Positions 30,809-45,150 of a stretch of DNA of 64,000 nt are shown here, one piece after another. The first letter of the stretch is position 1, and every line of letters begins with the position of its first letter. Both the position numbers and the translations under genes were made by a program. The DNA is from the human T2T-CHM13v2.0 reference genome, Homo sapiens, in NCBI RefSeq assembly GCF_009914755.1, contig NC_060930.1; one strand, 5' to 3'. Below the pieces are notes generated by a model. The model did not search any database. It was given only the letters and a program-made list of their open reading frames with translations, and was not told the DNA's origin.

Positions 30809-31756
30809 CAGATTTTTATATCTATTTCTAAATAAAACTCTTGTTACATAGGTACCCATGAGAGCCTGAAAGAATTCCTGTCACCCATTCTCCATAGTGA
30901 CAGTCATCTATAAAAAACAACTTCGGTTAACCATGAGGATTTGAGAAAATGTAATTGAACAGAAGTTGATATTGATCACCCCAAAACCAGGGGGTGTCCC
31001 TAAAGCCAAATGAAGAACAATAATGTAGCAACAAACCATTTTTTTAAGCCACTTGGACAAGGTCCATTTGAGGTGTTTGCCTCATGCCTCACTTATGGGA
31101 GGAGCGGCAGGCTGGGGTATGGGTAAGCTCCAGGGCCCTGGCAGCAGCCTACTGAGCAGTTGTTTCTACAAGTATCATAATGAGCTAACAGCAAACCTCT
31201 GGCTTCTCCATGAGGTCATTGTCGGGGGTTGGAGGTTTCTGGTAGATGATGCATGTTGTCATCAACAGGTGTTTGTCTATTGAATGAGTTTATTCATTCT
31301 CTCTGATTTGGTGTTAACTTTGACTCTCCTAACATCTTTGTTTCTTATGCTTCACCAGAAGAGGAGAGTAAGGCTGGCACAATCTTGGTGGCCAGCTCTA
31401 TATCTTAGATCCGTTGCTTTCTATGTCTCATGATTTAAGACTTATGACATTGACCTACACTGACATCTGCATACTATTCTCTGCTGCTTCTGTAACCTGC
31501 TTCTACCTTGTTAGACGTGTCTGCCTCTGAAACACATTTTTCTTTTCCACTTCATCCTTCTGCTCTCTCCAGCCCCATTGTCCTTTGTGTCAGATTCATA
31601 TTCATGATCCACGGTTAGACAACACAACTTCCTGCTTCCTCATGCTGTCTGTCCCATGTTAGCCACACAGCCAGCATTTCCTGCCCGAAACCTCATCAGG
31701 ACGAGGCACAATTACACTGCAGTTTCTCTTGGCTCCTTTACTCTTTATCCTTAATT

Positions 31757-31950
31757 CAGTGTTTTCTCAAAGCGTGGTACCCTGACCAGCAAAAGGAGCA
31801 CTAACATCACCCAAGGACTTATTAGATGTGCACATTCTTGGGTCTCACCCAGAAACTACTGGGTCAGAAGCTCTGGGGGTGAAGCCCAGCAATCTGTTTT
31901 TTAATAGCCTCCAGCGGGTTGCTATGCCAGCTACAGTTTGAGAACCACTG
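31757..31950. mobile_element. MER5A (hAT-Charlie)
   Basis: TIRs cagtgttttctcaaa / tttgagaaccactg and a typical interior. Confidence 0.85.
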
Positions 31951-32273
31951 TCTTAACCCATGTCTCATCCTGCCTTCTTTCTTCCTGCTGTTTGCATTTT
32001 ACTAATTCTAATAGGAAGCAGCTCATGATTGGAGGTTATTGTGTACCATTTTTCAAAGCCATTATCACAGATGACTTTAGAAGTTCATGTAAAACATCAG
32101 CATAATTTCCAACACTCAGTGAACACTGTCTCATCCACACTAACAAGATGGTGATGACCTAGCTAGATGGGGATACAGATAATGCCTAAGCCTCACCTTA
32201 GTGAGGCAAGTTACGTTCTTCCTGGGGAGAATTTTTTAATAATGTGAATTTTTTAATGCTGGTAAAGATGCTA

Positions 32274-32675
<402 letters not shown>

Positions 32676-32739
32676 TTAGGAATTCCCAGATAATTCCTTA
32701 GCTTAATGATGGGTATATACAGCCCATTACATTAATGTT

Positions 32740-32741
<2 letters not shown>

Positions 32742-32788
<47 letters not shown>
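32742..32788. repeat. (GT)n microsatellite, about 23 units
   Basis: Direct reading. Confidence 0.97.
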
Positions 32789-32791
<3 letters not shown>

Positions 32792-32978
32792 AAAAATGTC
32801 ATAATAAAAAATTTAAAATATTACTTAAAAGTGGCAGTATTACTCCATCCTTAAATGAATCCAAGAAAAATAGTTTTTACTTTTATTGCTACCCATCTTG
32901 GTCATAAATGATATTAATAATGAATTTGTACTTATTGAATGGTTTTCATTTCTTTCTACTAGATATGTATACACATAT

Positions 32979-33045
32979 ATGGATGGATGGGTGGTTGATA
33001 GGTAGGAAGATAGGTAGGTAGGTAGGTAGATAGATAAGTAGATAG

Positions 33046-33084
<39 letters not shown>
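32979..33084. repeat. (TGGA)n/(TAGG)n/(TAGA)n tetranucleotide microsatellite
   Basis: Direct reading; pure GATA run at about 33047-33083. Confidence 0.95.
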
Positions 33085-35271
33085 CAGAACAAGGTTATCA
33101 ATATTAATGTTGAAGAAATTGCCAAAAGCTAAAATATGTGTATGGTCTGTACATTTCTTCTAATTGTGTAAATTGGAAAATCCTTTAATAAAACAATTTC
33201 ACAGGATCCATGTATGTGTCAGTAGACATTGGAATATTAATACATGAAAATTTCATTTACTGGAATTTATCCTAAAGGGGGAGAATTCTAATTGCAGAAA
33301 AATTGTATGCAAGACGATGGTCCTCACTGCATTTTTTTCATAATAGCATAAGTCTATCCCTTTGTGACCAACCAAATGGGAGCTAGCCAAGTAAATATTG
33401 ATATATAGTCATCCAGTATAATCATTAAGATGATAGTTATGCTTATAATAGTATGGGGGAAGCAAGCTATAAAACTTGGCACACAGTAAGATTACAATCT
33501 TGAAAAACATGTTCAAAAAGAGGAAACTGTTTCTGTTAGGTAGGGTGGTGATATGATTAGTGTCTTACACCTTCTTCTCCTGTTTTTACTTTTTCAAAGG
33601 AAATGTGTATTTAGCAATTATAACAGTGGAGTTCCCAAGCTTATTTCCTCTCCAAAGTGGTTTGGGCCTTTGTGATTTAGCCACATTACTTTTAATCTAT
33701 AGAGAGCCCAATTTTTCAAGAGTTAGTATGTCCCAAGAGGAGCAAGCAATATTGCTTCTCTGTTACCAGCCAAGCCCAGGATTCATGGAGAGAGTCTAGA
33801 GTCATCCAACCGCAGTTACATCTCTTTTTTCTAATGTTGCTTCTATGGTACTCTTAACTGTTAAAATGTATGGCAATCATTTGATTGCATCCTTCCCCCA
33901 AAGAAGCAGAACTTGGCAAGAGCCCTGAGACCTCCGTCCCCTCTGGTTGTCTCGTCCAGCACTTTTATTATACTTTGGAACATCAAGAATCAAAGCGGTT
34001 TCCTAGAGATGTGTTAGGCTGAATGACAGCTGCATCATTATTCCACCAACTGGGAAATTGAAACAGAGTTACTTCCCACGGCATCTGTTTGAACATGCTA
34101 AATAAAGGCACGTTAAGAAGACTGGGGAGCATCCATGATGGGATAGCGACACACTAACGCTCAGCCCTTCCCATCCCAAAGACTCCCAGTTCATCTGTGT
34201 GATTTCCATTGCATGGGCTTACAGTCTGCACTGCTTTTGCTTTCTTATTAATTAGTAATCATCATATTATTGATCCCAATTATAATAACTTTTACTACCA
34301 TTTTGGGCATATAAAAAAGCGGAATTAAAAAAAGAAAAAAAAACACACTCTTCAAATGCTGGTGCTTTACACTGTCCGCTTCAGATGATTTTTTTTTGGC
34401 ATTCATTATATTTTTTCTATGCTTATAGAAGATTCAGGTCAAACACCATATGCCCTTGAATCATATGCTGTTTCAGGCCTGTTGGTTTGTTGATTATTCT
34501 GTTAAACAGATATTCACTGGACGGACTCTAATCGGGCGGGGGTGGGCCAAGGAGGGATTCTGTGCCACCATAGATCAGTGATTTATAAAATTAAACTAGA
34601 GGTGGAACATAGCAAAAAGGAAAGGATTATTTACCCAAGAATCACCTTGGAGTCACTTAACTGTTTCTTTTCTACGAGTTGTCATCTTGCTTCTGGTTTT
34701 AAGTCGGATAATTGCTCTGCTGGTTTCTGTTTCTGACTCGGCAGAACTTAGTCTTTCATCTGGTGTTTATTCATCTCGCTGGAACAGCTTTCAGTCCTCT
34801 TTAAAAATTAATTTGACTTTAATGTCTAGTTATCTAAGACTCCCCTGGGCTAGGATGAAATCACACAGGGGGAATTGTGATTTGACAAATGGCCATTGTA
34901 TGGGAGCCTTTGATCCTGCACCGTGGTCCTTGTTTTGCTGAGCTTTAAGCAACATCAAAGTCTGCACTACGTGGCGTGATTGGTGGTCGGCACCGGGAGA
35001 ATTCTGGCACTTCCCAGCATCGCTGAGTGGCTGCAGCCTGTTAGGTGCAGATGAGAGCTGTCCTAATAGTTTATCCAAGTAGAGAAATTGGACCAGGGTG
35101 GAGGCAAACAGAAGACAGGACCTTGGTGCGTGTTGAATGACATGAAGCCCTTTGCTCCCTAAAGTAGGAATTCCCAATCCTGGTCTTCCAATCTCTGAGG
35201 CTTGCTGAGTTTTTTCCCAAGTTTTTAGAAATTATGAGAAAAAAATAATTTTAATTTACTTTTTATTTTTA

Positions 35272-36042
<771 letters not shown>

Positions 36043-38134
36043 TAGAGCAGGTCCCAGACACCAAGTCCAGCCAGGCACCAGGGATCTTTGGCCTGGCTGG
36101 ACTTGGAATTCTATTTTGGACTATCCTGAGCGTAAGGATCTGGAAATTTAGTGAAACAGATTAGTTTTTAGTACATACTGAGTATTTTTAAAAATGGAAT
36201 ATACTTACACTTATTATCCTACAGTGTTTAAAAAACTCTTTACTACCTTAATCTCTTTAAAGATGATATGGCTTATTTTTGTAACATTAATGATTTAAAA
36301 TATTATTATTTTGTTTTTTAACATTCATCTCTGTTAAGATAAAGCTGAGGAATCCTACATTTCTATATGATACCTATCTAATTCGTCTGTCTGAAAGGTC
36401 CTTTAGTCTTAGTCCCAGTATGCCAGTTAATACTTGTATCAATTTACTGGATATAGTCAATTAATTTAATTGTCTATTAAACTGTATATAATTTACTGAT
36501 TGAATTGTATCCTGCTGATAGCTGATTTTTGATGCCATCTGACTGTCATCTCCTTCTTTGGTCCAAAGGTGGCTGAGTGGCCAATACTCATCCTCTCAGA
36601 AGGTTTGCAGAGCGGTCCTAATTTGCCCCAAAATAGGTCCCTCCTGACAGCTAATGAGCAGTGGTACTTGTCAGGAGATGAGTCTGGGAGAAGGAACCTC
36701 TTGCAATATCCAGAGTATAGATAGAAAGGCCTCTCTCCCCATCATGTGCAAAATCCACATCCATAGGCAGTCACGTGGGAGGGTGGGAGGGATGAGGTTT
36801 CACAGGGTTAATTCCCATGCTTCGTTATGGGACCCGGTGAGTCATTGCTCCATCACTGTGTGCCACATTGACAATAATAGTGTCCCTGAGGCAGGAGAAT
36901 GTAGTGCTCATGAGGATTTTCAGCAGGGCTTTGGTGCTGCACAGAACACCTGATCAGGGAGGAGGAAGGAGGGTGGGGAGGGGAGGAGTCCCTTACAGGC
37001 TTTCTCACTGAGGCGGTGGCGGGAGGTGAGAGGAGATGCAGTGGAGTTACACCCTCCCACCCCAGGGAGGGTTTCCCAATGAAAGCAGTGCTTTTTTAAA
37101 AAGAATCCAGACTTCCTTGTGACACTGAAGTCAGATAGATTTGACTGTTATAGTAAAAATCTGTCATTCCAGCAGAATCACAGAGTTTCAATCTGTCATC
37201 AGCCAAGCTACCGGCATGATAGGAAGGTGTGTGCCACCACCCAATGACAACTCTTCATGAAAGCCAGTCAGGGGTTCCCCCATGAAAGAAAGGAAGAGGC
37301 GCGTCCAATGCAGTGCAAAGAGAAATGGAGGAATTGATAAAAGAAAACTATAGTTGTGGTGAGCAAGAAGAGAGAGGAAAGGGGAAGATGAAAAGGTTGA
37401 TTTAAAGCATCCCTTGCCTCGTCAAAGTTTACAGGAGCTGGTGGGGGCAGGATGCTGTTGCTAAAACTACAGAATTTGGGCTGAGAGGCTGCTGCTCAGC
37501 GCCGGGCACTCCAGAACCTGGAGGAGCAGCCGTCCAGTGCCTGGGGTGCAGCCTATGAGGTGTCAGCGTTCCAGGCTGTCATCTGTACCCAGTGTCGCAG
37601 ATTTGAGAGCAGAGACAGAGCGGACCCAGTGGACAAAACTGAGCCCCTCCACTTGTTTGAATCCACTCCCTCTTGCCCCTCAGCAAAGGGCAAGCAGGCC
37701 CCAGCGAGGCTGCTGGCATTCAGTTCTGGTTTGGTTTAGAGGGGCTCTGCATCCTGGGCCTTCTGCACTGGCCACCCTGGTGATTCCTGCTGTGCCCCAT
37801 GAGTCCCATCTTAGAGCATGTGTAGGGTTTGCATGACCAAAGCTGAGTTTGAAATGGTCAAGTGTTTGATGGTTTTGAGAAAACATCCTCCTCCTCTTTC
37901 TCCCTGTTGCTCTTCCCGCCTCCACTCTCTCTCTTCCTCTGCCTCCTCTCTCTGTCCTCCTGCTTCACTGGATTTCTGGCCTCCTCGCTGTAGCTCTCTA
38001 CACATGCGTGGCGGCCTGAAGCATCGGTGCTCCGCTGTGTTGCCAGCCCGAGTCCCTGTCCTGTGTTCCCCGCTGGCCCCGCCTGCACTGCGTTTGTGTA
38101 ATGTCTCCTGTGTATCATGTGGTTGTCCCCTCAG

Positions 38135-38341
38135 TGTCTGAAGAGAGTCCCTCTGCCAGTGAGTCTGGAGTCCTCCTGTCCCAAGATCCTTCAGCCAAAC
38201 CAGTCCTGCTACTGCCCCCCAAAAAACCTGCTGCTTTCCCTGGAGACCATGAAGAGACCCCAGTGAAGCAGCTGCCCCTTCTCAAGCAGCCCCCGGCCCT
38301 GCCTCCCAAACCCACTACCAGGATTGCCAACCACTTAACAG
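38135..38341 (+). CDS. PHACTR1: PHACTR1 alternative (cassette-like) coding exon (207 bp, 69 aa, phase 1-1): VSEESPSASESGVLLSQDPSAKPVLLLPPKKPAAFPGDHEETPVKQLPLLKQPPALPPKPTTRIANHLT
   Basis: cccctcag acceptor at 38133-34; strong CAG|gtgagt donor at 38342; open in the PHACTR1 frame (inside ORF 38101-38421); length divisible by 3. The canonical protein as I recall it reads ...MDGP-DPGAP..., i.e. skips this exon. Confidence 0.85.
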
Positions 38342-40043
38342 GTGAGTGCAGACGTCTTCTGGGGCAAGCAGTCCCTCCTTCCCTTCAAGGGATTTTCTTT
38401 TTCTCTTGTTCTTTGAACTGAGGCCTGAAGGCAGCTCTCTGGGGAGGTTGCCCTGTGGGATGTTTGGGTGTTTCTGTGTGTGTCTTGATATCTGCAGTCA
38501 TGACCAGGGTTTGTGTTTTTGTGTCAAGCAGCATTTGATATCCACCTACCAGCCATATGCCAAGAGCTTTCAGTCATGTGTATCTGTAAATGTGTACATT
38601 GTATTTAAGTGACTAATTCAAGATTATTTGCTCATCTAGGTGAAATCGATTCAATGTCAACATTTTTGCAAAGATAAAGAATAGTGCCTTCTCCATATGA
38701 GTATGTCAAGGTTTTAAATTTTTTGTCTTTAAGTTATTGATCTGAAGCCCAGTGTATTTCACCTATTAAAATTCATGTCAGTGCTGTCTGTTCTCTTAGG
38801 GAAAAAAAAAAAAAAAGACAATCTGCAAATTATGTGGTAAATACTTTTAAAAGAAGAGTAAGCTTAGCAATGTTGTTCTAAAATGATTGCACACGTCCTT
38901 TGCAGTGTTTCTGAAGTGTTACTTAATGAATGTAGCCACAGGCATTAAATTGAGCACTCAGTGAAATTGTACTTCACTGCACTTTGGCACATGAATTAGA
39001 TACCACTTTGTGATTGAAGGCTGTGGTATAATCAGAGATTAAAATATTTCAGAGGGTCATTTCTCCAACTTTGATAATAGTTTCACCTGATGCTGATCGA
39101 CTGCCTTTTTAAAAAGCACTCGGTATTTTGACAAATAATACCTAGGTAATCATTGTAACATTTTGTAACATGTAATGGGGGTGGAATTAGGGAAAAATAT
39201 TCACCTATCTTATAGGAGAAACACTGAGGTTCAAGAAAAATAAGTGACTTCCAGGGCTGACAGGAATTCTGTAATAGAGGCACAATCGATGCTATATTTC
39301 TCAACTCCGAGTTCAGCTAATGTTGTTTCCAGAGCAGGCTGTCTTTCACGTGATACTGAGTTCTATAAGAGTCCATCTTAGACATGGGCTCATGTCAAAC
39401 TAATCTATTAATGTGTATGTCCATCCAAGTCAGATGTGTATGGCTTGAAAGAGCAAATTTCCATCAAACGGAACCATCTAACATATCAATAACACTTTTG
39501 TTCGATGTCCAAAAATTGAAATTCACAGAAAACTACAAAGGAGAAAAGGTCCCATAAGCCTCCTTCTAGGCAATATCCACTGTCCATCTGTCTGTCTATT
39601 GAATAAAAATTGAATGTTGCTGTACGTATTGTTTTGTCACCTGCTTTTTGCACTTGGTGATATATTGTAAACTGATTTTCGTGTTAGTAACAATTCCACA
39701 ACGTGATTTTATTAGCTGCTTGGATGGATCAGGGTTTACTTGACTGACCCCTTAAAGTTTTTCCATCTTCCTTATTGCTAAATCGCAACAGCAAACAACT
39801 GCAACAGCCTGCATATATCTTCATAAGCACTTCTGAGTTTTCTCTAATTTATTTCTAAAATTAGAACTGTTGAGTCAAAGATTATGCACCCTTTAAGGCT
39901 TTGATGTCAAATTTCCCTTAAGAAAGATTAAACATTGTACAAAATAAACCCCTACATGTAGTACATATTTATTCAACACATCTACAATAGGCAGAATACT
40001 GTACTAAGTATCAAAGTAGATAGGAATATATAACAGTTTAATG

Positions 40044-40570
40044 CAGCTGTCCTCAACCTTTCTGGCACGAAGGACCAGTTTTGTGGAAGACCATTTTTCC
40101 ACAGACCGGAGGTGGGGCGGGAGAGATTATTTCGGGATGATTCAAGTGCATTACATTTGTTGTGCACTTTATTTCTATTATTATTACATTGTAATACATA
40201 ATTAAATCATTATACAGCTCACCATAATGTAGAATCTGTGGGAGCCCTGAGCTTGTTTTCCTGCAACTAGACAGTCCATCTAAGGGTGGTGGGAGACAGT
40301 GACCGATCGTCAGGCAGTGGATTTTCATAAGGAACATGCAGCCTGGATTCCTCACATGCGCAGTTCACAATAGGGTTCGCGCTCATCTAATGCTGCTGTT
40401 GATTTGACAGGAGGTGGAGCTCAGGAGGTAATGGTGAGCAATGGGGAGTGGCTGTAAATACAAATGAAGCTTTGCTCACTCACCCGCCACTCACCTCCTG
40501 CTGTGCAGCCCGGTTCCTAATAGGCCGCGGACCAGTACAGGTTCATGGCCCTGGTGGTTGGGGACCCCTG
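40044..40570. mobile_element. MER1A (hAT-Charlie), full length
   Basis: TIRs cagctgtcctcaacc / ggttggggacccctg; 8-bp TSD gtttaatg/gtttgatg; 527 bp. Confidence 0.9.
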
Positions 40571-42692
40571 GTTTGATGAATGCATATATATACGTAGAGA
40601 GAGAGTACTAACACAACTACTGTTAGCAGTAACACTTGCAATTCAATGCAGTCTGATAAAGAGAAGGCTGAAGCTTGAACTGACTTTTCAAGCATGAAGG
40701 ACATTTATAGAAAATGAGGGAAGAGTATTCCAGGAAAGAAGACCCTAGACAAAACCTCAGAGGTGGCAACATTTTGGGTCATTGAAGTGTTGGCTGAGTA
40801 GGGGTGGAAGCTTCATTCTGAAGTATACTGAGAGACAGGACTCACTAGAAAAAGGCATAAAAAGATTTAGATTTTAATCCCTAGGCAGTGAAAAAACTTT
40901 GGAGGTTTTTAAGCAGAGGAGTGATATGATGAAAACTAGCCTTTAAGAGATCTTGGATCACCATGTAGAAGGAGCAGAAAGAGGAGCAGGTTGAAGGCCT
41001 ATCAGAGAAGCCACCACCAAGGCTAGCTCTAGGCCATGCACTCCAAAGTCAGATCAGCTAAATGGACTCAGCCATGGGATACCATTGAGCCAGGGATACC
41101 CTGAGCCACGGATACCATTGAAGAGGCTTCTCCAGTCATTGAAATATGAGCTAACAAGCATCTGACTGATATCAGTGAGAAGAGAGAGAGCAAACCAGTA
41201 GATATGACATTGTAAAAAGAAGAGTCAGCAGAATTTCTTAACTGACGACACCTCTGATTTATCTAGTTATCTCATTAATGGAGACAAACTTAAGTTTCAT
41301 CTATGAGCCCAGGAGCTCAGGTGGCCTGGTATCCACAGGGTTCTTTACATATGAGAGACCGAAGATATCTCAATTGGCCCCATCTCTCTGGCTTCCCTGG
41401 TCCTTTCCTGAGAGAGTAGACTCTGTTATCTATATGCCTCACCTCTATACAGCTTGGATCAAATGAATAAAAATACACAAAAAGCTAATATCCTTACTAT
41501 GTAGTACCTGGTAACCTCTTAAACATGATAAAGTAAGACAGGTGGAGAAGTCCGTGGACTGCAAATCTAGTGCTATCCTTTTGGGCTTAAACTCAATTAG
41601 ACTTGCTTAATTTTTATAAGTGAGCAATCAGTTATAATGAATCTGCATCACCATGAGGTAGCTACATTAACCCTGTTCTGTTACTAATTGCTCTGAAGAC
41701 ATCTGGGCCATGTCAGAAGGAATTAATAAACTAAGAATTCTAGAACTCTAAATTGAGACTCATGAGTTTTAGCCTGTTCTCAGTGTCTGCTGCTCTGGTG
41801 ACATGTTTGAAAGGAAACACAGGACAATTGAAAGACACCAAGCGTGATTAATGGGGAGTGACAGTGGCTAATGGTCTGGTAGAATGCTGGAGGAAATGTG
41901 AGGCTGAACTGGAACTACTACCAAATTCACAGTCAGGGAAAGTCATGCAGAAATACCTCTACCGTGGCGTTTGCTTCCACTTTATCAGGAAAATGTAATT
42001 AATTTGGAGAGTATTTGTCTTACAAATTTCTTCTGTTCATCAGCCAGGTGGGGAGAAGTTCTCTCATTCTCCCTGTCTGTCTTGCTTCATTTCTTGTTAA
42101 AATCTCCTTCCATCTCACCTCCTCCAACATCAACCATGCAACAGCATGCGATACAGGGCCAGGAGTTGTTGGCATCAGTTTCCTTTGTTTCCAGAAGTAC
42201 AGTGTCCGACAGAGCTTGTTGTGTAATGAATGTGATCTGAAGTGAAATGCATCCTTCTTGGAATCCTTGGAGTGATGGGTGACCCCAAAAGGGTGATGAA
42301 GGCAAAAGCCACTGTCTCCTACCTCTCTAAGTCATCATCAGTCACTTCTCTGTGGCATTCTGGCTCCAGAAGTCAGATGTTCAACGCTGCATGAATAACC
42401 TATGCCTTCTGCATAAGGTACCTGTGGCAGGTGCCCCCGGCATGCCAGTTGAATGAAGGATAAATCAATTTAGCTGGACTTCACAGTCAGATGTTCACAT
42501 TTGGGTAATAATAATGTCAGCCTTTTTTGAGAACTTTACCACATACTCTTTGATATTGTTATCATTATTACCTCTTTTCACAGATGAGCATGAAATTTGG
42601 AGAAATTAAAGGACTTGGTCGTAGTTACTTAGCTAGTAAGTGGCAGATAAGCATGAACCTATTTTTTTTGACTCCAGAATCCTCATTTATAA

Positions 42693-43074
<382 letters not shown>

Positions 43075-43136
43075 TAGCATTGTATGTTTTCATCTGCTTA
43101 AGAAGTTTGAAAATCGGCCCCTTTGTTTTTAAAAGT

Positions 43137-43845
<709 letters not shown>

Positions 43846-44659
43846 TGACTCAAGGACAAAAATTATCTAGTTCTTCAAAAATTAGTCATATACTCAAGGC
43901 ACTTGGTTATAAAGAGGAGGATCTGAGTTCAGTTGGGTCGGGTTTCAAAGAACAGACCCAAAGGAGACAGTTTGTGTAAGAGTCAGGAGCAGGGGTAAAC
44001 CACATGGGAAGCATCTGACCACAGTTAGAGATTACTGACACTTCAGCAAAGAAAGGAAACTGAGGCTTATCCTTGAAAACAAGTCCTACTGATAATACAC
44101 ACCTACCCAGGACTTATTTGCACAGTGGTTAGAATTCAAAATACAAGGAAACTTAATATATTCTCAGAACTTAGTTGATTGCTCATTTCAATGTTACCAA
44201 AGTATTCGCTACTACAACTTTGCCTGACAAATGGTGTCCATGACCTGTGTTATTTTCAGCCCCAGCATGTGTACCTGTGTAACAAGAATCCTCTCTCCAT
44301 GCTTGACCAATATTCCTGGTTATAGCTATCTCTCTAGTTTTGTGGACTTTTTCACTGTTCTACAGTCACATGCTGCTGCGTAATTTCATTATGTGTCTCT
44401 GTTTTTCTCTGATGCTCTCTCTCCCCCATTGATCCCCACATTCCCAACCCTCCATGTCCTCCTCTCCAACCCTCCAGAACCACCTGGCTACTTCTGCCTC
44501 TGTCCCTGCCTTCCCTCCCAGTAATCCCAGTGCAATAAAACCAAAGATTAGACCACTGTGAGCTTGGACTTTATCTATGCCTTTAAATGGAAAAAAAATG
44601 AATGTTTGCATAGAAGTCTCTCTTGGTAACTGATAATTTGAAGGTGTTCTGTGTTCTTT

Positions 44660-45150
44660 GTGAGATGGTCGGTCAAGTGCAGCCATAAGGTTTATTATAC
44701 TCACGGGCCCTAGAGACAGGAGGCACGGCTCACCACACAGGGCACATGGGGAAGCCTCAGGGTGGTCAGGAGGCAGAAAGCAAGGAGAGGGGAAAGCCGA
44801 GGCCAGAGTGTTTATTGGGGTTTCTGCAGAAAGGCAAAGCAGGGCAGACAGAGCACTTTAGGACTGGCTAGTTTGCATGGTGTCAGCAGGCTCTAAGCTA
44901 TACAAATGTTCTATAGTTGCCTGGTACCTGGCCATGGGATGATTAAGGCAGAGGAATAATGCATCCTGGGGTGGACAGGCCTGATAGAGGAAGTCTGGCT
45001 CTGGACTGGCTTGTTTCCATATCAAAGGGCTGCTCCTGACTTGGCCCTTGCTAACTCTGAGAATTGGTCAGCCCCAGGAGGGACAGTCTCCCCAGCCAGA
45101 AAGGTTTTTAAGATGTCAAAACTCATACAAAAAATAAAAAATGGAAACAA
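44660..45150. mobile_element. Ancient ERVL-type solo LTR, related to 6010-6546
   Basis: cacatggggaagcctcagggtggtcaggaggcaga...ttaggactggctagtttg...agggacagtctcc...gatgtcaaaac. Confidence 0.55.

Noticed and set aside
37537-38330. Several overlapping ORFs on both strands upstream of and across the cassette exon
   Set aside because: Explained by the GC/pyrimidine-rich, stop-poor composition of the splice-regulatory region.
41069-41120. Short repeated units as a possible CRISPR-like array
   Set aside because: No spacers, only three degenerate units, no cas genes, and a primate intron context.
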